A stretch of 64,000 bases of DNA from Malacoraja senta (Eukaryota), in contig CM075997.1 in the NCBI GenBank assembly GCA_038087875.1, forward strand, positions 5,704,001-5,768,000. Direction: 5' to 3'. Made by a program: the position numbers and the translations under genes. The notes beneath the pieces are model-generated. The model was not told the origin of the DNA and did no database searches. It saw only the letters and a list, made by a program, of their open reading frames with translations. This document shows positions 12,411-24,680 of this stretch, piece by piece; the first letter of the stretch is position 1; every line of letters starts with the position of its first letter.

Positions 12411-13952
12411 TAACACCACTGACAACCTGCCTCAATCCATCCATACCGCACCGATTGCCTTCTCAAGCCCCCCACCCACCCCCCCCCCCCCGCCATCTAT
12501 CCACCCGCACTAATTCACATCCCCCCACCTGGCCCTATTGTGCTGGAAATGTCTTCAGAGCGAACATTGACTATGTTTGATAACGGAATGCAATCAAATA
12601 TGTTTCAATTCCCAATGTTATTATTTGTTTTTGTCCATAAAGATGGATTAATTAAATTGTGAACACGGTAAACAATAAAACCGCAGTGTTCGATTGTCAC
12701 TGCCACCGTTGACACGTTATTACAGAATTCATTTTAACGGCAAATCAATGCTCTTAATATGGAGTATCAGTACTGTAATTGTTTAATAAGCAACATTCAC
12801 AACTATATGTTGGATTTATCCAGGTTTTACTTCTACAGTTGGTCATATACATCACAAATTTGGTCAGGAGATATTTCAGTTGAAATTTTAACGTTAATTC
12901 TAAAGTGGGAATGATGGAAACAGCGTTTATCAAATTTTTTTTTTAAATCTGGTGCATTCAAACTGGGTATCTTCATTGCTGTTTACATCACGTACATCTA
13001 ATCTGAATGTCCGGTAATGTGGCGTTTTGGCACCTTTAAACATATTACCAAAAGGACATTTGCTGCAGTTATGACCTTTTGCCATCTCTTGTCAGTTAGT
13101 GTAGAGTTTAACCAGTCAGATGGGTATAGTCGGTTTTAACAGCTATTATCATAAAATGCCTTTAGAAATTTCCTTGTAACCTGTATATTTTGTTGTGGAT
13201 AAATTATGTGGGAAGCGAAAGTGTTTCTGTACCAATAGCAATAACGACCCATGCTATTGCCATGTCATGGTAAATTTCGGTCCTTCACAGAAAACATGCT
13301 TGCATCAATCTGTAGTGTGCATGGTTAAGCATATATGTTACCATGGCCCAGGATTTATTGACACAGGTTGATCATATGCTGAATTATCCAACCACATTTT
13401 TGTTTGGAAGTGGAAAGAACTAATAGAAATTGCATTCATTGCAATGTGTAAAAAGAGTTGAGATACTGTACTGTATTATAATTTAGCTGCATGTCATTGT
13501 GGTATATATCATGTCTTGATTGGTGAATATGTTTAGTTTGTGACTTTATTTGAAGCAGAAATAATATGTGAATGCTTCATTGAGCATAATTCCGACTGGT
13601 AACTACGCACTTCGTCCGAGCACATTATCGCACGCGTCATGCAAACCGTCTTAAATGACCACCTAAACTGTCATTTGGCAACCTAAAAAGCTGCCAAGGT
13701 TGCCCGGCTGGCAACAGGGAAAAAAAGTTAAGTGAGAGCCCTGCTAAGTATCAGAAGATATTGTGGTGAAGAACATTTTATTTTCTCATGGAGCAACCAG
13801 TCGATATGTGGAAACAATTTGGGATCAAAAATAGGGGTCAATAGATAAGTAGAAGAATTGCAGTCAAATAGGTTGGATGGGGGAAGAAAAGTTTACAATG
13901 GGGCTAAACTGTAGGCTGGTTTGGGTTAGAGCAGTGGTTGTTTGGCAGTTTG

Positions 13953-14333
13953 CAGGGGCCGCAGAGCGTTTATGAAAGTGGGGGTGGTGGCTGAGCGATC
14001 ACTGATCACCGGCCTCTGGGGAGCAGAGCGACCGAGCGGGGGAGGGGGAGGGTGTGGGAGGGGTAGTACCCTCCCACGGTAGGGACTTTTTGAAATTTGA
14101 CGTATTAAAATCATGTTTTAGTGCATTGTAGAAGTATGATTTCAATGTTTTTTTGTTTGAAGTATTTTTAAGATAATGTAGGACCTACATGAGAGATAGG
14201 AGCAGGTGATTATTATTTTTGTTATTGCTCAACCTCCAGAAACTGGGGGATAACAATACAGGCCATCCCCCACCTCAAAAAGTGGGGGGATATATCCCCC
14301 CCCATCCCCCACCCCCCCACCCCCGCTGCCATG
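13953..14333. mobile_element. Probable MITE (non-autonomous DNA transposon)
   Basis: CAGGGGCCG... start and ...GCTGCCATG end; GGGGGGATATATCCCCCC subterminal palindrome; no clear TSD. Confidence 0.45.
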
Positions 14334-14519
14334 AGAGTATCATATGCTGTATAACTCTATGACTACATTATACCTCCACCATGCATGAATGCTTCAAAAT
14401 CAAGTGGTCGAGATTTATTGCCATATACTCAAGCATGAGCAAGTGACATAGAAAATAGGTGCAGGAATAGGCCATTCGACCCTTCGAGCCAGCACCGCCA
14501 TTCATTATCTAAATCAGTA

Positions 14520-14955
14520 AGCGGAGCCTGGGATCCCTTGCCGGGGATCGTCAGAAGAAGTTCTCCGACCATTGGCCTGTGACCTATAACATCGTGAAGC
14601 CGCGGTCTCCAGTAAGAAAGTGGCTGATTCGGGAATTCCAAGCCGCGCAGTGTGTGTTCCGATCCATCCCGACGTCGGAGTTTTGATCATCCCGACAAGT
14701 GGGCTTGTACATCGGGCCTTCCGTAGCAGCGACTACAGAGGGTCCATAGCCCCGACCACGGGTGAACAAAGGAGGAAGATTGACTGAATGTTATTGCCTT
14801 CCATCATAGTGAAGAATGTTGATTCCACTGTGGTGGATGTTTATGTTAAATTCTATTATGTATTGTCTTCTTTTTGATTGTATGGCTGCATGGTAACTCA
14901 AATATCAGTGTACCTTAATTGGTGCATGTGACAATAAATGTGCTTGAATTTGAAC
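14520..14955 (+). mobile_element. Non-autonomous retroelement with a Rex1/Babar-like 3' tail
   Basis: Ends ...TGTACCTTAATTGGTGCATGTGACAATAAA; the same tail occurs inverted at 27456-27616, ~55615 and ~58705. Confidence 0.5.
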
Positions 14956-17170
14956 AATGCTCCCAACCATGCAGTGATAATTATTGATGAAAATCAAAGG
15001 TGCATCAGGTTGGATAGATGTCATCAAGCAATGAATCACTGGACATGCCCAGAAGAGATGATAAATTTAATAGTCTAGTTGTGAATTTACATGTTATAAT
15101 AATAGTAAGATTGCAGTTAAAAACGAATGCCTCCTTTATATGTTGCTCTATAACTGGAAAAATATGATGTCGCTACCTGTCTTAAATGTCATGAAAAAAA
15201 GTGTACTCTACCTGGGCACAATGTCATAATCTAGGGTCTCACAAAACAGATTACTATCAGAGACAAGGAATTGATGGTACCATTGGAAGAACATTTGATG
15301 AATAAACTTTGTTATTCTATGAAATGATTCAGATGAGACATTAAGGCAATTCAAAGCAACCAAACTTCCGCCAATACCACACCTCAGTGCTGATTGGAAG
15401 GCACTGATGATGGAGGGTGAGATGGTCATTCGTCAGTGGTCCAAAAGCTCTAAGACTATTCAGAAGCATGATAGAAAAGCAGAGGACATTTAAAAAAAAA
15501 TTGATCTAGTTAGAAAAGCCCTGAAACTATGGACTGACTGCTGATGTACACACATGGATTAAGATTGTATCGCATGTATTAGTATTTGCACTGTTATTGA
15601 TTATAATAATAATAATACATTTTATTTATATAGCGCTTTTCAGGACTCAAAGTCGCTTAATTATAATTGTCTAGATTTTTTAATTTTGTTATAACAGAAA
15701 ACAATACAATAAGTTGAAAACCTTGATAATGGTCAAACATGTAAAAAGAGAGATACGTCCATCAATTAGTTCCAGAAGGTATATTAGATGGTATTATTTA
15801 ATATACCTTTCTTGAGCATGGCCAAGAGGGGGGATTTGATGTGGGAAATTCTGAAAATTATTTGAAAGATGAGCAGTTCGTATTATGTTTAACCCAAGAG
15901 CTTGCATATTGGGGAAGCACGATGGGAAAAGAGGCCAACATAGTGACGGGAACTTAAGGATGTTTGATGAAGCAATGAACAGATTTATCATAGTGTTTGG
16001 GGAGGCAATAAATAGATTTATTGTGGTGTTTAGAGTCTTAGGCATAGCTAGCTAAAGCAATAATAAACATAGGGGGTTCCAAACCAAGCTGAGGGCAATA
16101 CAACTGATCAAGAAATAGTGTATTTTATTGTGCGTATTTATTTTCTAAATAACAGGGAACAGAATTTTAAAGATTACTGTGGGGGGAAAACTAAGAAGAA
16201 AGGCTAGAGACATTGATTAATGAGGAGTTACTTCAACAATTAAGGATCCACATGTAATCATTGTGACGAAGAGAATATTAAAAATGCTGTGGGTGTTGCA
16301 AATCATTGAAACACTTTAAGTTCTCTCCGAGTGTTTCATTGTCCGTACTGTTAAGGCCTTGAATAAACCCACTCATTTGAGAAACTCACCACTGCTCTGG
16401 GAGATGTTCTTTGTGTCAAAAACCCCCCACAAAATTCTCTCTGACAATAGTCTACAGCTAAAATAATAAAACCAACTTTATGGCATGATATGATTAGGGA
16501 TTGGTGCATCATGAATTATGACATTAATTACTGTGCATTCTATCACCGATCAGCCTTTCAAGAAGGAATTATAAATATATTTATCCTTCTGGATGTGGCT
16601 ACAGTATTTATTGCCCATCCCTAATTGTTCTCAAAGCTAATTTTTTGAACTTCTGAAGTCCTTCTGATGAAGTATATGGAAAATCATAATCACGGAAGAT
16701 TTACATTTTTATTTGACCATAATTAGTATTTTAGTAGATAGCATTTTCCATTCCCATTCCCATCTTGGAATTCTAAATTGATGAGCATACGTAATCTGGA
16801 TCAATTCTATCCCTATAATCAGTTGCCAGTTATCAGTACAAATCTTTTTATGATATTAACAGCCAAAGAAGTAACCAGTGTGATAGCAGTAGCTTGAGCA
16901 CTGTGGGGCTGTTAAAACTATAGGAACAGCTGATGCTGGGAGATCCAGCACCGTACCACAGTACTTGATAAAATGTGACAGCAATCATCCATGGCATACT
17001 GGTGAACTCGGCAATCATCGCTCTTCAAGATTCCATATAATTACAGCCGCCATTCCCAAGTGATTTAAAATACATACCTTACAATATTAATTTTTCTGAC
17101 ATAAGGAAAATTGCTGATTTGCTGAGATATCAGGATTTGCTAATACAGTATCCTTTTTTCTGTTTGACAG

Positions 17171-17290
17171 GATGATGAAGTTGTTCTTCAATGTACCACA
17201 AGCATTATCAAATCGCAGATTAAGCTCTGCCTTGCTGCTGAAGGATTTGGAAATCGACTCTGTTTCCTTGAACCAACATCAAATGCTAAG
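17171..17290 (+). CDS. RYR1: Ryanodine receptor (RyR1-like) exon equivalent to human RYR1 exon 2
   Basis: ttgacag|GATGATGAAG...AATGCTAAG|gtattt; 120 nt; [40 protein letters not shown], matching the RyR N-terminal domain; EPTSNA is RyR1-type. Confidence 0.95.
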
Positions 17291-17635
17291 GTATTTTACT
17301 TTGTGTAAAATTTGACCTGAAATTTTCTCCAGAAATTAGCATAGTTGTAGCAGAGTGGTTACAGAGAATCTGGGAGGATTTGTATTACTCAACTACTTTA
17401 TTCTGTGATTAGGCCCTTGACTTTGAATTTACCAAACCATTTGTGCCACTCCGAGTTCTGTTTGTCAAAATTCCATTAAATTAATTTCTTGTGTAAAAGT
17501 CCAGAGCACGAGTTACTTTGATGTACGCCATTCTAGAATTTGCATAAATGTCATTGAATCATCAAGTCATATAGCACAGAGATGGGCCCTTTGGCCTAAC
17601 TCATCCCTTCAGACCAAGATTCCCTATCCAAGCTA

Positions 17636-18180
17636 ACATAGAAACATAGAAAATAGGTGCAGGAGGAGGTCATTCGGCCCTTCGAGCCAGCACCGCCATT
17701 AATTGTGATCATGGCTGATCGTCCCCAATCAATAACCCGTGCCTGCCTTCTCCCCATATCCCTTGATTCCACTAGCCCCTAGAGCTCTATCTAACTCTCT
17801 TAAATCCATCCAGTGATTTGGCCTCCACTGCCCTCTGTGGCAGGGAATTCCACAAATTCACAACTCTCTGGGTGAAAAAGTTTTTTCTCACCTCAGTCTT
17901 AAATGGCCTTCCCGTTATTTTATATGTTTCTATACGATTCCCCCTCATCCTTCTAAACTGCAGTGAATACAAGCCTAGTCTTTTCAATCTTTCCTCATAT
18001 GACAGTCCCGCCATCCCAGGGATCAATCTCGTGAACCTACGCTGAACTGCCTCAATCAGAAAGATGTCCTTCCTCAAATTAGGAGACCAAAACTGTACAC
18101 AATACTCCAGATGTTGTCTTACCAGAGCCCTATACAACTGCAGAAGTACTTCTTTACTCCTACACTGAAATCCTCTTGTT
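17636..18180 (-). mobile_element. CR1 3' fragment
   Basis: LEYCVQFWSP...FFTQRVVNLWNSLP peptide; ACATAGAA tail. Confidence 0.9.
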
Positions 18181-19814
18181 ATGCTCTCATACTGCCAAAT
18201 TTCTTTAAGATGGTACATTTAATAAATATTGTTATTTTACCTGCATCAACTACTTCATCTGATAGATCATTCAATAAATCCACCACCCTTGTGAAAAAGG
18301 TGTAAATGAGCTTTATGCTGTACCTAGACTCAAAATTGTTATTTTATATAAATAAAATAAGCAGTAATCTGCCGAGGACCTAGCAAGGACCTCCCTTATC
18401 TCTTCTATCTTTCTGGGATACCTGTGGGATTATCAGACCTTGGAGATTTATCTGCCTTTATTCACTCCAAATCTTATTTTTCTTTTGAATAGTTGAGATG
18501 TTCATTTTGCCTCACCCTTGCACAGATTGACCTTTAGGGGACATACACTTTCCCTGTTTACCATCTTATTCATAAAGTACTTATAAAATGCCTGTAGTAT
18601 TATCTCAGCAATGTGAACACCCTTTTATATTTCTACGTTCTAGCTAAATAGACTCATTCAATGAACCTACCAGGACTTCCTTTGTCAGTACTGCTTAGTG
18701 TGGGGTTAAGAGACGAGGGGCAGTTGTGTTTTTGAAACATCACGAGAAAATCACGATTGTATTTGGAGAGGATATTCTTGGAAGTTTGTTCAGAGAGGCC
18801 ACATGGGTAGAATTTAGAAATAAGAAGGGGATGTTTTGCAATTGAGGACTGTTGAGGAACATCCCCTTCTTATTTCTAAATTCTACCTATGTAGCCTTTC
18901 TGGACTCTTGACCAAGTGTATCCTAGGACATTGTGGGAAACCAGGGAAGAACTTCCCACCCCCAGGATACTGCTCTTCCTGGTGACCCTTTGCCACTTTG
19001 CCTGTCGTGTGGTGTGTCCAGCTTGCTAAATATGCTGTATGCATTTCTTACCATCGTGAATGCTCCATGATGAGTCCCTCCACAGTTGTAGCTGCGCAAT
19101 GTACTCAGTCAGAAGCTGCAGCTGAACTCACTTTCTGTACACAGTCTCACATTTTGCAAAAAAGCATTCAATGGCCCTTGCCTCTCCTGTTGGCCCCTTG
19201 GATCACCACTCAGTAATATCTTGTATTTTGGAGCATAGAAACATAGAAAATAGGTGCAGTAGGCCATTCGGCCCTTCGAGCCAGCAGCGCCATTCAATAT
19301 GATCATGGCTGATCATCCAAAATCATTACCCAGTTCCGGCTTTTTCCCCATATCCCTTGATTCCCGAAGCCCTGGGAGCCAAATCTAACTCTCTCTTGAA
19401 AACATCTTTTATATTTATTTTATTTTTATAATCCATAATGTGACTGGCCTCTCTTTGATATAAACATCAACAACTACACTGGTGATCTTTTTTTTCTCCA
19501 ACACTAAATAACTACAATCTTCTTTCTGGAAGAGTTAAACAAAGGAGGAAAATACTTACCGGAGCCAACACTCTGATTGCAGCACTCCAGGATCCACTAC
19601 AAAAGCATGCTGTGTATTCTGTGGGGTTTCTGTAATTGGATATGGTGGAAGTCCCTGTTGGGAGATGCTATCTGGCGAATGTGAGTACGTGCAATGTGTT
19701 TGCAGATGGTACACTGTAGATAAGTTGCACCTGTGGTGGAAAGAGTGATAGATGGAGGAGCAGGCAAGCTAACTTTGTCCTGTATGGTGTTGAGCTTTGA
19801 GTGTTGTTGGATCT

Positions 19815-20300
19815 GTAGAAACAAAGAACTACATATACTGGTTAATACACAAAAGGACACAGAGTACTGAAATAACTCAACAGGTCAGGCAGCATGTCTG
19901 GAGAACATGGATAGGTGACTTTTCGGGTGGAGACGTCTTCAAACAGTAAGGGGGGGGGGGTTGAAGAGTTGTGGATTGTGAAGCCAGAAGAAGAAAGTAG
20001 GGAGCGGGAGGGGAGAGATAGGTAGGAATCCAGGTGGGGCACAGGAGGGGGGAGAAAGGGGATGAGGTTTGGAGGGGGAGTTAATTAGAGGTTGCCTAAA
20101 ATTGGGGAATTCAATGTTCATACCCCATTTGGTTATAAGTAAGTGGAATATGAGGTGCTGTTCCTCCAGTTTGCATGTGGCCAAAGGTCAGTGTGCAAAT
20201 GGTCTGAAGAAGGCTCTCTATCCGATACATCACCAATCCACGTCTCCAGTAATGTTGCCCAATGCTGAGTTACTCCATCACTTTGTGACCTGTTGTTGGA
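19815..20300 (-). mobile_element. Penelope-like element fragment with an inverted terminal piece
   Basis: KLEEQHLIFHL...MNIEFPNFR (GIY-YIG C-terminus) on the minus strand; terminal repeat copies in both orientations. Confidence 0.7.
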
Positions 20301-20492
20301 TATGCCCTCTTCTAGGCAAATGGATAGCATTATTATATTCTTCACTTGCAAGGTGATAAATATGAGTTGGAGTGTCAGGAGGCAAGTCATTCACCACAAG
20401 ACTTCCAGTTTCTAACCTGCCTGTGTAACTTGCTTTAGTTAAATGTATTTATTCAAAGATATATATAAATGTGTTGCTTTGTATATTTACAG

Positions 20493-20597
20493 AATGTGCC
20501 TCCAGACCTTGCAATCTGCAGCCTTGTCCTGGAGCAGTCGCTCTCTGTCCGAGCGCTGCAGGAAATGCTGGCCAACACCGTTGGAAAGGGCAATGAG
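20493..20597 (+). CDS. RYR1: RyR1-like exon equivalent to RYR1 exon 3
   Basis: tttacag|AATGTGCCT...AATGAG|gtatgt; 105 nt, phase 0; [35 protein letters not shown]. Confidence 0.95.
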
Positions 20598-22479
20598 GTA
20601 TGTCTGCAAGGTTGGATGGTCGTGAATTTGTAGTTACACTGTTTAATTCTGTTGTCATAAAGTTTAGAAAATGTTTTGCATTAAATCAACATCCTTAATT
20701 TGTCATTAAATGATTATTAAAATGTTGATTATTTTAGATAAGTTTTAAATAATTTAAAGCTATCTTTAGCTGTACTAAAATGTTCATAAAATAGTGAAAC
20801 AAAGATGACAAAGTGTCTGGGCATTTACTCTAAAATTTGATTAATTGTAAGATCTACAAAGAATTGAAATGTGCATGTTATGATTGAACGATGGTAGTTC
20901 TCTTTAATTAATTTGCTTGGTCAAATATGCCAATTTTCTTTCATTTACGATGGATTTTCTGTTGCAGTAATAGTATCACAATAATATGTACCCACCAATG
21001 TGTACAATGAGAATCTCAAAAATGAAGAATTTATAGGTGGATTTGTTAATTGAATGGGAATATCAGGTAGCAATTCATAATTCTCAAATTGATTAAATTA
21101 ACTTCAAGATGTGAATCAAAATACAATCAGATTTTTTTAAAATTTCAGACTTTAAAGTTAAATTATTATGGTGTAATAATTGCTGAAAGTATAAGCCAAT
21201 TATAATATAAACACATGACTGTCATGCGTTTGTGAGGTCACAATGGGTCATTGTTTACATAGCATTGGCCACTCAGTTGACTTTTCACTTAAATTGCGTT
21301 TGTAAGGATTGTGTATGCAATTTTAAAATATTTTGTTTTATTAAGTCAATAGAGAGATACAGCATGGAAACGGGGCCATTGGCCCAAGTCTGCACTGACC
21401 AACCACCCTTTGACACGATTCTGTTCTGTTTTTTTTTATTTTCTCCATATTCCCACCATCTTCCACAAGACTCTTCCACTTAACTGCACACTACAGCAAT
21501 TTACAGTGGCCAATTAACCTACCAAACTGTCATTCTCCCTGTGATCATCGGGGTACCCGCATCATCATGGGGGGAACGTGCAAACTCTACACTAACGGCA
21601 CCCAGAGCGCCACTGTGTTGTCCCTTGGTGAATAATGAGCATTTTATTATCAGTGCTGACTTTCTGAAATTATTGTGAGATGTTTTGACTTGCCATATAA
21701 TCAAATTGGATTAAATAACGTTATGATAATTTGCATATTTTTGAATGTTTAGTACAGTTATAATTAAGTATTTGTTAATCTAATGGTTTTATATGCTGAC
21801 ATTCAACTGCAGTAAGAAACTGGGCAAAATAAAAGTGTAATTCTCAATCACCTGTGTTGAATTGGAACTTTTATATTGAAGGAACGTGTATTCTGTTCAG
21901 TGCACAGTGACTATCGACCTTCATTTTCAATCCCAACGTTATTAACGTAATGCATAACTAAAAAATATAAAGAAAACAAAGACTTATAGAATGCTATGTA
22001 ATGAATGGTATATACAAGAAATAATTTTGGTGAAATGTGCAATGTATTTAACAGCAACTGGTATTTCACACATTTAGTAAGTAACAGGATAACATTATCC
22101 AGTATGTTGAGGATACTGTTTAACTCCCAGTATTCCTATTGAATTAAAAATACTAAACCAGCGCTGCAAAACCTCTTAGCCTGGGATTTCTATGTTCTCC
22201 CTGTGCTCTGTGGATTTCCCTCAGGAACTCTGTTTCCTTCCACGTCCCAAGGATGTGCTGGTTGGTGGGTTAAGAGGCCAATGTAAATTTATCCCGCATG
22301 TAGGTAGATCAGAGGAGAAACAATGAAGAGTTTACTACTAAATGGGAGAGATTCGTTTACAGGAAAATAAGTGATGGAATGGGATTCTTCTAAGAGCAGG
22401 CACTTACTTGCTGGGATGAATGGCCTCTGTTGTTGAAGAAATATGAGAATATGATTGAGGAAATGGTGAAAATTAGTTC

Positions 22480-22722
22480 AGTTTAGTTTAGAGATACAGC
22501 GTGAAAACAGGCCCTTTAGCCCACCAAATCCACGCCGACCAGCAATCCCCATACTCTCGCACTATCCCACACACTTGGGGCAATTGACAATCTTTACCGA
22601 AGCAAAGTAACCTATAAACCTGCAGGTTTGTGGAACGTGGGAGGAAACTGGAGCACCCGGAGAAAACCCACATGGTCACGGGGAGAACATTCAAACTCCG
22701 TACAGACAGCACCCGTAGTCAT
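22480..22722 (-). mobile_element. HE1/V-SINE-type SINE
   Basis: Minus strand V-domain-like TCCCCGTGACCATGTGGGTTTTCTCCGGGTGCTCCAGTTTCCTCCCAC with a CR1-derived tail and (TAAAC)n; older related copies at ~21345-21620 (-) and ~22170-22430 (+). Confidence 0.7.
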
Positions 22723-22800
22723 GGTTTTAAAATAATAGCTACTTTTTATGATTTATTCTCCATGCATTTTTGGATTACACACTTGCTGGAAGGAATATCC

Positions 22801-23600
22801 CACTACCCCACAATTACCCCACTACTCAAACCTCACGTCAAAAACCTTGGCGTGATATTTGACTCAGCACTGAAATTTGACAAACAAGTCAATGCCGTGG
22901 TAAAAGCTAGCTTCTTTCAGCTTCGAACGATAGCTAAAATAAAACAATTCCTCCAGTTTGATGACCTGGAAAAGATCATCCACACATTCATCTCCTCCTG
23001 CCTAAATTACTGCAACTCCCTTTACACTGGCATCTGCCAATCTTCCCTGTCCCGCCTGCAACTGGTCCAAAACACCGCAGCGAGACTCCTGATGGGCACC
23101 CGAAAAAGGGACCACATCACCCCGATCCTGGCCTCTCTCCACTGGCTCCCTGTGCGGTTCCGTATAAACTTCAAGATCCTCCTCCATGTCTACAAAGCCC
23201 TCAATGGGCTTGCCCCCACCTACATAAAAAGTCTTCTCACCCACCACTCCACCTCCAGGCCCCTCAGATCGGCCGACTTGGGGTTGCTGAATATCCCACG
23301 GTCTAGGCATAAGCTCAGGGGCCACCGCGCCTTTGCGGTTGCAGCCCCTAGACTGTGGAACAGCATCCCCTTTCCCATCAGAACTGACCCCTCCATCGAC
23401 TCTTTTAAGTCAAGACTAAAGACTTATCTATACTCCCAAGCCTTTCCTGACGTCCTCTGAGTGAGGGCTACATGTATATATGTATGTAGTTTGTTTTGTT
23501 GTGCTATTCTTATAACAAATGTAAAGCACTTTGGCCAACGAGAGTTGTTTTTTAAATGTGCTATATAAATAAATGTGACTTGACTGTGACTTGACTTGAC
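22801..23600 (+). mobile_element. L2-clade LINE, 5'-truncated (ORF2 C-terminus)
   Basis: VKNLGVIFDS...YCNSLY...LQLVQNTAARLL...HITPILASLHWLPV...AFAVAAPRLWNSIP...FKSRLKTYL; AATAAA followed by a (GACTT)n tail. Confidence 0.9.
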
Positions 23601-23855
23601 AATAAAATGGTATTATAATATTGTTTCCTGATTTTGTGACTGGCTAAGAAATCAAAAAACGATACCATTTGGGGAAATCAAATAGCAATATTTGTTTCTC
23701 ACAAATGGTATTAAATATATACCTTTCCGGCCTGCTAGATAGTTAGCTTTTTACAAAGCTACAGGCTATTTACTTCTTACGCCAGACCTATATTCATTAC
23801 AGCCTAAAAATTCTAATGCACACAAAGAGTGTTGTAGAAAGATGTAATACTTCTT

Positions 23856-23890
23856 CAGTCTGAAGAAGGGTCTCAACCCGAAACGTCACC
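23856..23890 (+). ncRNA. Minimal type-I hammerhead ribozyme motif in a Penelope-like terminal repeat (best-preserved copy)
   Basis: cagt-CUGAAGA-a-GGGU-cuca-ACCC-GAAA-C-GUC-acc: conserved CUGANGA and GAAA core, stem II, palindromic minimal helix III, GUC cleavage triplet; helix I very short. Confidence 0.65.
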
Positions 23891-23934
23891 CATTCCTTCT
23901 CTCCAGAGATGCTGCCTAATGACTGTGACTAATG

Positions 23935-24680
23935 GGGTGCCATACAACATAAAAACAGGCCTTTGGACCAACTTAATCATGCCCACCAAGATGCCCCATC
24001 CAAGCTAGTCCCATTTTGCCCATGCCTGGCCCATATCTTTCATACTTTCCTATTTATCAACCTGTTCAACTATCTTTAATATGTTATTGTATCTACGTTA
24101 ACTACTTCCTCTGGCAGCGCATTCTATATATCCGCCATCCTCTGTGAAAGAATTGCCCCTCAGGTTCCTAATAAATATTTCTGCTCTCACCATAAACTTA
24201 TGCCTTCTAATTTTTGATTTTCCAATCCTGGGAAAAAAACTCTGGGTGTTCACCCTATCTACCTCCTGATTTTATGCACCTCTATAAAATCACTCTTCAG
24301 CTTCTGTGCTCCAAGGAATAAAGTCCTAGTCTGACCAACATCTTCCTATTGCTCATGCCCTGGAACCCTGGCAACGTCCTTATACATGTTCTCTGCACTC
24401 TTTCTAATTTAATGGTATCTTTCATAAGACTAAACATAATACTCCAAGATAGACACAAAATGCTGGAGTAATTCAGCGGGACAGACATGCTGCCCATCCC
24501 GCTGAGTTACTCCAGCATTTTGTGTCTATCTTCGGTTTAAACCAGCATCTGCAGTTCCTTCCTACACAATACTCCAAGTGTGGCTGTGCCAATGACTTGT
24601 AAAACTGTAGCATAACATCCCAACTTTCTATATTTAATTTCCTGACTGAGGAAGGCCAGTGTGCCGAAAGCTGCCCGTCA
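23935..24680 (-). mobile_element. Old CR1 3' fragment interrupted by a Penelope fold-back insert (24449-24567)
   Basis: MLQFYKSLAQPHLEYC... and KLERVQRT...LGLYSLEHR peptides; duplication AATACTCCAAG flanks the insert. Confidence 0.75.

Larger units (their letters stand above)
3160..13743. mobile_element. Non-autonomous hAT-like DNA transposon, expanded by a minisatellite and nested CR1s
   Basis: TIRs CAGGGCTCGAAATTAGC (3160) and reverse complement CAGGGCTCTCACTTAAC (ends 13743); shared subterminal motifs GGTTGCCCGG and CAACCTAAA at both ends; flanks CTGAG / CTAAG. Confidence 0.7.

Noticed and set aside
12540-13660. Possible transposase remnant inside the second DNA transposon
   Set aside because: AT-rich with no ORF of 60 aa or more and no recognisable transposase motif. 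A TBLASTX against hAT proteins would be needed.
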